Positions 35,834 through 43,006 of a DNA stretch of 43,006 nucleotides are shown here, one piece after another. A program made the translations under genes and the position numbers. Numbering within the stretch: the first letter of the stretch is position 1; each line of letters starts with the position of its first letter. The stretch comes from a virus (lineage: Duplodnaviria; Caudoviricetes). The stretch covers positions 1 to 43,006 of the IMG/VR virus record IMGVR_UViG_3300035492_000412. One strand, given 5' to 3'. The notes beneath the pieces are model-generated. The model ran no database searches, had not been told where the DNA came from, and worked only from the letters and a program-made list of their open reading frames with translations.

Positions 35834-37528
35834 ATGGCGAGTTTGAATGGATTCACGCCGCAGGCGCATCCGCTGTGGACACGCGACCACCTCAACGTCG
35901 CGCCTCTGGACCAACTCGGTGGCCTGCTCTATGAGGAGCGCGGCGCCTCCGGGATCGATGAGGGTTTCACTGGGCCATGCGCCTCCCCGGGCCCGGTCGC
36001 CACCCCGGCGCGAGTCCTCGACGGGTTTGCCACGCGCGGCTTTGCCGAGGACTACTACTACCGGGTGCATGTGCGGCCCAACCGGATCGACCTGGGCAAC
36101 ACGATGTCGGTGCAGACCCGCGACGTCGAGGTCTGGAACGCCTGGCCACTGGCCAACGAACTCACCGCCATCAGCGCCACCAACGCCGAGGGGATGAGCC
36201 TGTCCGGACCGGCCGCGCCGCCGACCAGTTTCGGCCCGCTGGAGTCGCGCATGTACGTCCTCTCGGTGACGCCGAACGGCCCGCCGGTGGTCAACGCCGC
36301 ATTCCACTTCGCGTTCACACTCGATGCGCCAAGCCTGCGGGCAATGGGCAGACGCATCGTCGGCTGGGTGTTCGCCCCGGACTGGAGCGAGCCGGTGATC
36401 GAGCGGCTGGAGTGGCTCACCGATGTGATGGAATCCCACGCCGGCCACGAGCAGCGCGTGCGCCTTCGGGCCTCGCCCCGGCGCAGCCTCGAGTACCGCC
36501 TCCTGCTGGGCTCGGACCCCGCCCGCGTTCATCTGGAAAACCGCCTGATCTCCTGGCAGGCGCGGGTGTACGGACTGCCGATCTGGATGGATGCGACGGT
36601 GAGCCCGAACGCCATCCCGGCCGGTAGCGTCAGCCTGTCCGTGGCCACGGCAAACCGGGATTTCGTCGCCGGCGGCATTGTCGGACTCGTACACGGACTG
36701 GATGCCGAGTTTGCGCAAATCACAGCGGTGACGCCGAGCGCGATCGCGCTCAACGACCCGATTGCCACCGACTGGCCCGCAGGCACCAAGATCGTGCCGG
36801 TGCGCTCGGCGCGCGTGCAAAACGATCTTCGCCTGAGTTGGCTGACCGATGCCATCACCCTCGCGCGTCCGCAGTTCAGGCTGGAGGACGACTGGCCGAT
36901 TGCAACAGCCACCGAATCCGAAACTTACCTGGGCCATCCGGTGCTGCTGACGCCGCCCAACTGGCGCGAGGACGTCGAAGGTGAGTTCGGGCGCAAGTGG
37001 CGGGAGCTGGACTATCTGACCGGCCGGCGCGTCATCGACGATCTGACTGGCATCACGACCCAGACCCGCAGCCACCGCTGGTTGCTGGTCGGGCGCGCCC
37101 AGATCGGCGCGTTCCGCAGTTGGTTGGCATCGCGCGCCGGCAAGCTCAAGCCGTTCTGGCTGCCGAGCTTCCAGTCGGACTTGCAGGTGGTCGCGCCAGT
37201 GGGCGGGACCGATGCCTTTCTGACCGTGGACAACCGGGGCTACGCCGAGGGGCCAGGGGCGGTGGTGGGTCGCCGTGATCTGCTCATCACCACGAACGCG
37301 GGCCACCGCTTCTTCCGGCGCATCAGTGCGGCCACCGAGGTCGATGCGCAGCGCGAGATGGTGGTGATCGACGCCACGTTCGGCACGACCTTGCAGCCGC
37401 AAGAGTTCCGGCGCATTTCCTTCATGCGGCTGGTGCGCCTCGACACCGATCTGGTCGAGATCGCCCATGTCACCGACGAGATAGCCGAAGTGGTGCTGCC
37501 GCTTCGCAGCCTGAGAGACGATTCGTGA
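35834..37528 (+). CDS. Virion structural/distal tail protein
   Basis: DYYYRVHV.P, VWNAW, PDWSEPVIERLEWLTDV, EQRVRLR..PRR, FWLPS. Confidence 0.7.
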   Translation: MASLNGFTPQAHPLWTRDHLNVAPLDQLGGLLYEERGASGIDEGFTGPCASPGPVATPARVLDGFATRGFAEDYYYRVHVRPNRIDLGNTMSVQTRDVEVWNAWPLANELTAISATNAEGMSLSGPAAPPTSFGPLESRMYVLSVTPNGPPVVNAAFHFAFTLDAPSLRAMGRRIVGWVFAPDWSEPVIERLEWLTDVMESHAGHEQRVRLRASPRRSLEYRLLLGSDPARVHLENRLISWQARVYGLPIWMDATVSPNAIPAGSVSLSVATANRDFVAGGIVGLVHGLDAEFAQITAVTPSAIALNDPIATDWPAGTKIVPVRSARVQNDLRLSWLTDAITLARPQFRLEDDWPIATATESETYLGHPVLLTPPNWREDVEGEFGRKWRELDYLTGRRVIDDLTGITTQTRSHRWLLVGRAQIGAFRSWLASRAGKLKPFWLPSFQSDLQVVAPVGGTDAFLTVDNRGYAEGPGAVVGRRDLLITTNAGHRFFRRISAATEVDAQREMVVIDATFGTTLQPQEFRRISFMRLVRLDTDLVEIAHVTDEIAEVVLPLRSLRDDS

Positions 37529-38334
37529 GTATTGCTGCCCGAGAAACCTCCGTCGATGCCGCCAGCCCCATCGAACTCTACGAGTTCCGGCGTGGCGCAG
37601 GTGTCTGGCGCTACACCAGTGCGCCCGACGACATTGACTACGACACCTTCACCTTCCTGGCCGTGCCGCTCATGCGCAGCGCCATCGAGCAGACCAATGA
37701 GGCAGGACGTGCAGGCCTGCGCGTGACCTTGCCCCGTGACACCGACGTGGTCCAGCCCTTCGTTGCGACGCCACCGTCGGAGGTCACGCTGCTGACCGTG
37801 TACCGCCAGCATCGGCAGGACGTTGAAACAGCGGTCGTCTGGATGGGGCGTGTGCTCAACGCTGAATGGCGCGGCTCGGAGGTCGAACTCAACTGCGAGC
37901 CGGTCTACACCAGCCTGCAGCGCACCGGGCTGCGTCGGCTTTACCAGCGCAATTGCCCACACGTGCTCTATGGCGGCGCCTGTGGCGCGAGTCCCATCAC
38001 GCACCGGGTGCAGGGCACGGTCTCGGGCCTCAGTGGTGCCGCCATCACGGTCCCCAGTGCTGCCGGGTTTGCCACCGGGCATTTCGCGGGTGGCTACGCC
38101 ACTTGGCAGGCTGGGGGCCTCACCGAGAAACGCATGATCGTCGCCCACGCTGCTGACCTGGTGACGCTCTCGGCGGTACCGCCCGGGCTCAGTGCGGGTG
38201 CGGCGGTGATGCTCTATCCCGGCTGCGATCACACCCTCGTCACCTGCGAGGCGAAGTTTGCCAACAGCGCCAATTTCGGGGGCTTCCCGTTTATCCCGAC
38301 GAAGAACCCCTTTGGCGGCAGCCCGATTTACTGA
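37525..38334 (+). CDS. BR0599/DUF2163-family tail protein (gpL-like)
   Basis: PIELYEF, QRNCPHVLY..ACG, YPGCDHTL.TC..KF.N..NFGGFPFIP. Confidence 0.85.
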   Translation: MSIAARETSVDAASPIELYEFRRGAGVWRYTSAPDDIDYDTFTFLAVPLMRSAIEQTNEAGRAGLRVTLPRDTDVVQPFVATPPSEVTLLTVYRQHRQDVETAVVWMGRVLNAEWRGSEVELNCEPVYTSLQRTGLRRLYQRNCPHVLYGGACGASPITHRVQGTVSGLSGAAITVPSAAGFATGHFAGGYATWQAGGLTEKRMIVAHAADLVTLSAVPPGLSAGAAVMLYPGCDHTLVTCEAKFANSANFGGFPFIPTKNPFGGSPIY

Positions 38335-38343
38335 GGACCCTTC

Positions 38344-38577
38344 ATGCCGTGGATGCAGATCGTCGTCTGGATCGTCAGCGCGCTGATCCAGTACGCCCTG
38401 TCGCCCAAACCTCCCCAGCCGCAGGCCGCCGAACTCAAGGACTTCGATGCCCCGACCGCCGACGAGGGGCGTCCGGTGCCCGTGGTGTTCGGATCGGTGC
38501 TGGTCAAAAGCGCCAACGTGGTCTGGTACGGGGACCTGCGCACCACGCCCATCCAATCCAAAGGTGGCAAGAAATGA
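38344..38577 (+). CDS. Small tail assembly protein
   Basis: PTADEGRPVPVVFGSV.....NVVWYGD. Confidence 0.75.
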   Translation: MPWMQIVVWIVSALIQYALSPKPPQPQAAELKDFDAPTADEGRPVPVVFGSVLVKSANVVWYGDLRTTPIQSKGGKK

Positions 38578-38795
38578 ACGAACTGATCGTCACACACGCG
38601 GATATGCGGGCCCTTGGGTACTGCAACCGGGGCGCGCGCGCGTGGTTCGCGCGGCACCAGTTCGACTGGCCGCGCTTTCTCGAGGAGGGGCTGCCGGCGG
38701 CAGACCTGCTCGCCACTGGCGACCAACTGGCACACGCCGTGGTGGAGGTCGCCAGCCAGCGCACCCAGACCGGAGGCGACGATGGGCGGCAGTAG
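38574..38795 (+). CDS. Small tail-module protein
   Basis: ATGA overlap; YCNRGARAWFARHQFDW..FLEEG.....L.ATGD. Confidence 0.7.
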   Translation: MNELIVTHADMRALGYCNRGARAWFARHQFDWPRFLEEGLPAADLLATGDQLAHAVVEVASQRTQTGGDDGRQ

Positions 38796-40968
38796 CAAGA
38801 AGGTCACGGTCGGCTACCGCTACTACCTGGGGATGCATCTGGCCATCTGTCACGGCCCGGTGGATGCCCTCACCGAGATTCAGGTGGGCGAGCGCCAGGC
38901 CTGGAGCGGCAATCTCACGGCCAGTGGGCGGATCAATCTGAATGCCCCTGAGCTCTTCGGCGGCGAGAAACGCGAGGGCGGGGTCTCGGGTGCGATCGAT
39001 GTCGCCTTCGGCGAGGCAACCCAGACACCGAACGACTACCTCGTCTCGAAGATAGGCGTCCCACAGCCAGCCTATCGCGGGGTGCTCGGGCTGATCCTGC
39101 GCCAGCTCTACATCGCGGCCAACAATCCCTACATCAAGCCGTGGGCCGTGCGGGTGAAACGATGCTTTCGCGACTGGTACCCGACGAAGGCAGAGATTGG
39201 CGGTGCGGCCAATCCGGCGCACATCCTCTACGAATGCCTCACCAACCCTGCCTGGGGAATGGGGTATCCCGCTGCCAGCATCGACGATGCCAGCTTCCGG
39301 GCGGCGGCCGATACCTTGGCGGCCGAGGGCTTTGGCCTCAACCTGATCTGGTTGCAGCAGAGCAAGATCGAACAGTTTGTGCGCGAAGTGTTGGATCACA
39401 TTGGCGGCGTGCTCTCGACCTCCCCCTCGACGGGACGCTTTGTGTTGAAGCTGGTTCGGGCCGACTACACGACCGCGAGTCTCCCGGTGCTCGACCCAAC
39501 CAACGTGATCGAGTTGGAGAGCTTCCAACGCGCTGCCTGGGGCGAGACCACCAACGAACTGGTCTTGGTCTACACCCGAGCGGACACCTTCAAGGAAACC
39601 AGCATCACGGTGCAGGACCTGGCCAACATTCAGGCACAGGGCGCGGTGGTGTCCCAGACGCGTCGCTACCCCGGCATCACCTCGGATGCCCTGGCCGCCC
39701 GGGTGGCCCTGCGCGATCTGGCGGCCGTGTCCACGCCGTTGGCCAAGGTGAGGCTCACCGTCAACCGCCGCGCCTGGAGCCTGACGCCGGGTGAGGTTTT
39801 CAAGCTGGTGTGGCCGGCGCTCGGCATTGAAGGGCTCGTGATGCGTATCGCCGCCATCGAGGGCGGTACGCTCACGCGGGGGGCGATACGCATCGATGCT
39901 GTCGAAGATGTGTTCGGACTGCCGGCAGCAAGCTACACCGCGCCCCAGCCGCCCGGCTGGGTCGATCCGGTACCGACGCCCTCGGCTGCGAACCCGCGAT
40001 GGCTCGTCGAGGCTCCGTATTGGGACATCGCCCGCGCCATGAGTGCTTCGGAACTCGCCTACCTCGATGCGACCGACTGCTTCCTGCAGACCCTCGGCGG
40101 CCGTCCGGCAGCCGGTGCGATCCACTATCAGATCCACAGCAAGACCAGTTCCGCCTCCACCTACAACGAGCGCGGCCAAGGCGAGTTCGCGCCCCACGCG
40201 GTGCTCACCGGCGCAATCGGCCAGGCCGTCACCAGCACGCTGACCTACCACAGCGAGGTCGACATCGATCTGGTTGCCGTGGGCAGCTACGCCTACCTCA
40301 ATGACGAAGTGGTCGCGATCACGGCCATCAACACCACGGCCAAGACCCTGACGGTGAACCGGGGCGCACTCGACACGGTGCCCACGAATCATGCCGCCGG
40401 CAGTCGCATCTGGTTCGCAGATGGGTTTCAGGGGGTCGACCCCACCGAATACGCGGTCGGGGAAACGGTCAACGCCCGCCTGCTGACCGTCACCGGCAAG
40501 GGCACCCTCGCGTTGGCATCAGCCCCCACCGATTCGCGTGCCATGAACCGCCGCCAAAACCGACCGTATCCGCCAGGCAATGTCAGGATCAACGGCGTGG
40601 CCTATCCGGTGGCCGCCAAAGGCGATCTGGTCATCGCCTGGTCGCACCGCGACCGCCTGAGCCAGACGGTAAGCCTAGTGCCCCAGACCAACGGAAACAT
40701 CGGCCCCGAGGCCGGCGTGACCTACACGCTACGCATCTATGGGGAATCCGGCAGCCTGCGCCGTACCTACAGCGGCCTGACGGGCACCAGCCAGACCTAC
40801 ACCTTGGCCGACGACACCGCCGATTCTGGCCTGGGCCGACCCAACGCCGCGCTGCGAATCGAACTCGAATCCAACCGCTCGGGCGTGATCAGCCTGCAGA
40901 AGCACTCGATCGCCTTCGAGCGCGCGGGCTACGGACTTTCCTACGACAAATACTACGGAGGCATCTGA
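38782..40968 (+). CDS. Tail tip / central hub protein (Phage-tail_3 type)
   Basis: GGAGG RBS; VGYRYYLGMH..ICHGPVD, PAYRGV, ANPAHILYECLT, RGALDTVP. Confidence 0.82.
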   Translation: MGGSSKKVTVGYRYYLGMHLAICHGPVDALTEIQVGERQAWSGNLTASGRINLNAPELFGGEKREGGVSGAIDVAFGEATQTPNDYLVSKIGVPQPAYRGVLGLILRQLYIAANNPYIKPWAVRVKRCFRDWYPTKAEIGGAANPAHILYECLTNPAWGMGYPAASIDDASFRAAADTLAAEGFGLNLIWLQQSKIEQFVREVLDHIGGVLSTSPSTGRFVLKLVRADYTTASLPVLDPTNVIELESFQRAAWGETTNELVLVYTRADTFKETSITVQDLANIQAQGAVVSQTRRYPGITSDALAARVALRDLAAVSTPLAKVRLTVNRRAWSLTPGEVFKLVWPALGIEGLVMRIAAIEGGTLTRGAIRIDAVEDVFGLPAASYTAPQPPGWVDPVPTPSAANPRWLVEAPYWDIARAMSASELAYLDATDCFLQTLGGRPAAGAIHYQIHSKTSSASTYNERGQGEFAPHAVLTGAIGQAVTSTLTYHSEVDIDLVAVGSYAYLNDEVVAITAINTTAKTLTVNRGALDTVPTNHAAGSRIWFADGFQGVDPTEYAVGETVNARLLTVTGKGTLALASAPTDSRAMNRRQNRPYPPGNVRINGVAYPVAAKGDLVIAWSHRDRLSQTVSLVPQTNGNIGPEAGVTYTLRIYGESGSLRRTYSGLTGTSQTYTLADDTADSGLGRPNAALRIELESNRSGVISLQKHSIAFERAGYGLSYDKYYGGI

Positions 40969-41321
40969 TGCCCGCAATCACTGATCCGAACCTGGGTCTC
41001 AACTACGGCTGGACGCTCGGCGAAAGCGGCTGGGGCGCTGGAATGGACGCCAACCTGAAGCGGCTGGGCGCCGTCGTCAGCCTATCGGTCAAGGACCGCG
41101 ATCTGACGACACCACCGGCCAGTCCGGCAAATGGCGACCGCTACCTGATTCCAGCGGGCGCCACCGGCGTCTGGTCCGGCAGGGCCGACCAGATCGCGGC
41201 ACGCATCGCGGGAGTGTGGGAGTACCACATCCCCAAGATCGGCTGGCTGTGCTTCATCGAGGACGAAGCCGTGCTCTCGGCCTACAAATCCACCGGCTGG
41301 AGTCCCGGCATCCCTATCTGA
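40968..41321 (+). CDS. DUF2793-like tail-associated protein
   Basis: TTPPASPANGDRYLIPAGATGVWSG....IA.....W....P.IGW. Confidence 0.75.
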   Translation: MPAITDPNLGLNYGWTLGESGWGAGMDANLKRLGAVVSLSVKDRDLTTPPASPANGDRYLIPAGATGVWSGRADQIAARIAGVWEYHIPKIGWLCFIEDEAVLSAYKSTGWSPGIPI

Positions 41322-41342
41322 TTCATTTTTGTCCGTCGCCCA

Positions 41343-41387
41343 GAAACCCGCCCAGATCTTCATGCACTGGGCGGGTTTCGCATTTTT
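41343..41387 (+). terminator. Terminator-like hairpin before the lysis cassette
   Basis: 13-bp perfect stem GAAACCCGCCCAG (41343-41355) / CTGGGCGGGTTTC (41367-41379), then GCATTTTT. Confidence 0.6.
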
Positions 41388-41398
41388 GGAGAACGCCC

Positions 41399-41701
41399 AT
41401 GACCGAACCCGACCACAAACCCGCGCTCGTCGAGAACATGCTGCTTTTGCGCCGCGAAGACTTTGACGACCTTCTGGAACGTGCAGCCGAGCGCGGCGCC
41501 GAGCGTTGCCTGGCCCACCTCGGCTTGGAAAACGGACACGCCGCCCGCGACATCCGCGAGTTGCGCGACCTGCTGGAGGCGTGGCGCGACGCTCGCCGTA
41601 CTGCGTGGCAAACGACCATCAAAGTCGTCACAACCGGCATCCTGGCTGTTCTGCTGGTCGGAACCGCCATCAAGCTGAAATTGATGGGAGGCGGTCAATG
41701 A
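41399..41701 (+). CDS. DUF6127-like membrane protein (lysis cassette)
   Basis: AAERGAER.LAHLGL....AARDIRELRDLLEAWR; one C-terminal TM helix; GGAG RBS. Confidence 0.75.
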   Translation: MTEPDHKPALVENMLLLRREDFDDLLERAAERGAERCLAHLGLENGHAARDIRELRDLLEAWRDARRTAWQTTIKVVTTGILAVLLVGTAIKLKLMGGGQ

Positions 41702-42174
41702 TCGAGACGCTTCTGGGTGGTCTCCTGGGTGGAGCCTTCCGTCTGGCGCCCGAACTTCTCAAGTGGCTCGACCGCAAGGGCGAACGCGGCCACGAACTGG
41801 CGATGCAGGACAAGGCACTGGACTTCGAGAAGCTACGCGGTGCGCAGCGCATGGACGAAATCGGTGCCGGTGCCGATGCCGCGTGGAACATGGGCGCGAT
41901 CGAGACGTTACGCGAGGCCGTCCGCACACAGGGCGAGAAAACTGGCGTCCGCTGGGCCGATGCTCTGTCGAGCAGCGTGCGTCCGGTGATCACCTACTGG
42001 TTCATGGCGCTGTACTGCGCCGCCAAGACGGCCGCCTTCGTTGCTGCCATTGAGGGTGGTGCCGACTGGGGCGTCGCGATCCTCCACGCCTGGACCGAAG
42101 CCGACCAGGCACTGTGGGCGGGCGTGCTGAACTTCTGGTTCATCGGACGCGTATTCGACAGGGTCCGGTCGTGA
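41698..42174 (+). CDS. Holin-like membrane protein
   Basis: SVRPVITY, TM segments, FWF.GR end; directly upstream of the lysozyme. Confidence 0.65.
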   Translation: MIETLLGGLLGGAFRLAPELLKWLDRKGERGHELAMQDKALDFEKLRGAQRMDEIGAGADAAWNMGAIETLREAVRTQGEKTGVRWADALSSSVRPVITYWFMALYCAAKTAAFVAAIEGGADWGVAILHAWTEADQALWAGVLNFWFIGRVFDRVRS

Positions 42175-42635
42175 CCGAGGTGCCGAAAACGGCCATCGAG
42201 TTGGCCAAGCGCTTCGAGGGCTTCCATCGCGTGCCAAAGGCCGATCCTGGACGCGCACACCCGTACATCTGCCCAGCGGGCTACTGGACGATCGGCTACG
42301 GGCGTTTGTGCAAACCAGACCATCCTCCGATCAGCAAAGAAGAGGGCGAGGCTTATTTGCTTCAGGACCTGCGCACGGCCCTCGCCGCCACGCTGCGCTA
42401 TTGCCCGGTGCTGGCTACCGAACCCGAGGGGCGGCTCGCGGCCATCGTGGACTTCACGTTCAACCTCGGCGCTGGACGACTGCAGACATCCACGCTACGT
42501 CGGCGCGTCAATCAGCGGGACTGGCCGAGCGCAGCCCATGAGTTAAGCCGATGGATCTACGGCGGCGGAAAAGTGCTGCCCGGCCTGGTGACGCGGCGGG
42601 ACGCCGAGGCTGCTTGGCTACTACGCAACGCCTGA
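42171..42635 (+). CDS. Lysozyme (GH24 endolysin)
   Basis: FEG...YICPAGYWTIGYG, DFTFNLG.G.L..STL, GKVLPGLVTRR.AE. Confidence 0.9.
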   Translation: MTEVPKTAIELAKRFEGFHRVPKADPGRAHPYICPAGYWTIGYGRLCKPDHPPISKEEGEAYLLQDLRTALAATLRYCPVLATEPEGRLAAIVDFTFNLGAGRLQTSTLRRRVNQRDWPSAAHELSRWIYGGGKVLPGLVTRRDAEAAWLLRNA

Positions 42636-42655
42636 TCTCCAAACCACGTGGAAGA

Positions 42656-42683
42656 GCTTGGCTTTACCGTCAAACAGCGCGTT
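42656..42683 (+). promoter_or_regulatory. Repeated upstream motif, copy 4
   Basis: GCTTGGCTT-TACCGTC-AAACAGCGCGTT(CATG), 32 nt before ATG 42716. Confidence 0.65.
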
Positions 42684-42715
42684 CATGTGAGCAACACCAA
42701 TACGGAGCATTTCCC

Positions 42716-43006
42716 ATGAGCAACAGATTCAAGAGTGCCGTCATCGACGACGTGACCTCGCGCAACATCGACGGCAGCCTGCAAGGCCACCTGCTCGACC
42801 TGTTCGAATCGGCTATGAAGTCGGTCGCCACGACTTTGGTGCGCGAGGCAAAATTCGACACCACTGACTTCGCCACTGCCAAGGCAAGAGGCTGCGAGGG
42901 ATTCACGCTACTAGTAAGCCGTACGCGCACTGACTCGCGCGACGGCTGGTTCGGCGCGTTTCAGCGCGGGGACGAACGCCTCGACGTGATCGGCCATTTG
43001 GAATAG
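42716..43006 (+). CDS. Hypothetical protein (96 aa)
   Basis: GGAG RBS, ATG 42716, stop at the window end; preceded by motif copy 4. Confidence 0.7.
   Translation: MSNRFKSAVIDDVTSRNIDGSLQGHLLDLFESAMKSVATTLVREAKFDTTDFATAKARGCEGFTLLVSRTRTDSRDGWFGAFQRGDERLDVIGHLE

Larger units (their letters stand above)
4349..43006 (+). mobile_element. Lambda-like siphovirus prophage (ends not defined; the cargo at 1-4300 probably belongs to it)
   Basis: Ordered integration, replication, packaging, head, tail and lysis modules; no tail sheath gene; no obvious frameshifted essential gene. Confidence 0.92.

Noticed and set aside
12104-40392. Long antisense ORFs (e.g. 12104-13645, 20943-22409, 26880-28493, 35816-37468, 38590-40392)
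   Set aside because: They shadow well-supported plus-strand phage genes, lack recognisable motifs, and are expected in high-GC coding DNA.
33655-41321. Diversity-generating retroelement or invertible tail-fibre cassette
   Set aside because: No reverse transcriptase, no template/variable repeat pair and no invertase or flanking inverted repeats were seen.

Overview
A near-complete, apparently intact lambda-like (non-contractile-tail) prophage of a high-GC proteobacterium occupies about 4.35-43.0 kb. Its modules run in order: integration (DUF2924-like protein, large serine recombinase); early/replication genes (AlpA-like HTH, Sak4-like AAA ATPase, SSB-like, P63C, PD-(D/E)XK nuclease, XRE-sigma4 fusion, P4-type primase-helicase, RuvC-like); a lambda-like cos candidate; two ParB-N DNA methyltransferases; three small counter-oriented genes sharing a repeated upstream motif; terminase, head and tail genes; and a holin-lysozyme cassette. 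The first 4.3 kb is minus-strand cargo: a thermonuclease and a four-gene operon with its own sigma70 promoter and palindromic operator. The operon encodes a peptidase-less LexA-type HTH, an MG-starting helical protein, a QatC/QueC-family enzyme fused to a probable DNA-binding domain, and a membrane-anchored protein. It resembles, but is not, QatABCD or type IV CBASS, and is the best candidate for an undescribed system (protein deazaguanylation coupled to transcription control or defence). All family names come from motif recognition by eye, not database searches. No att sites, RNA genes or CRISPR arrays were identified.
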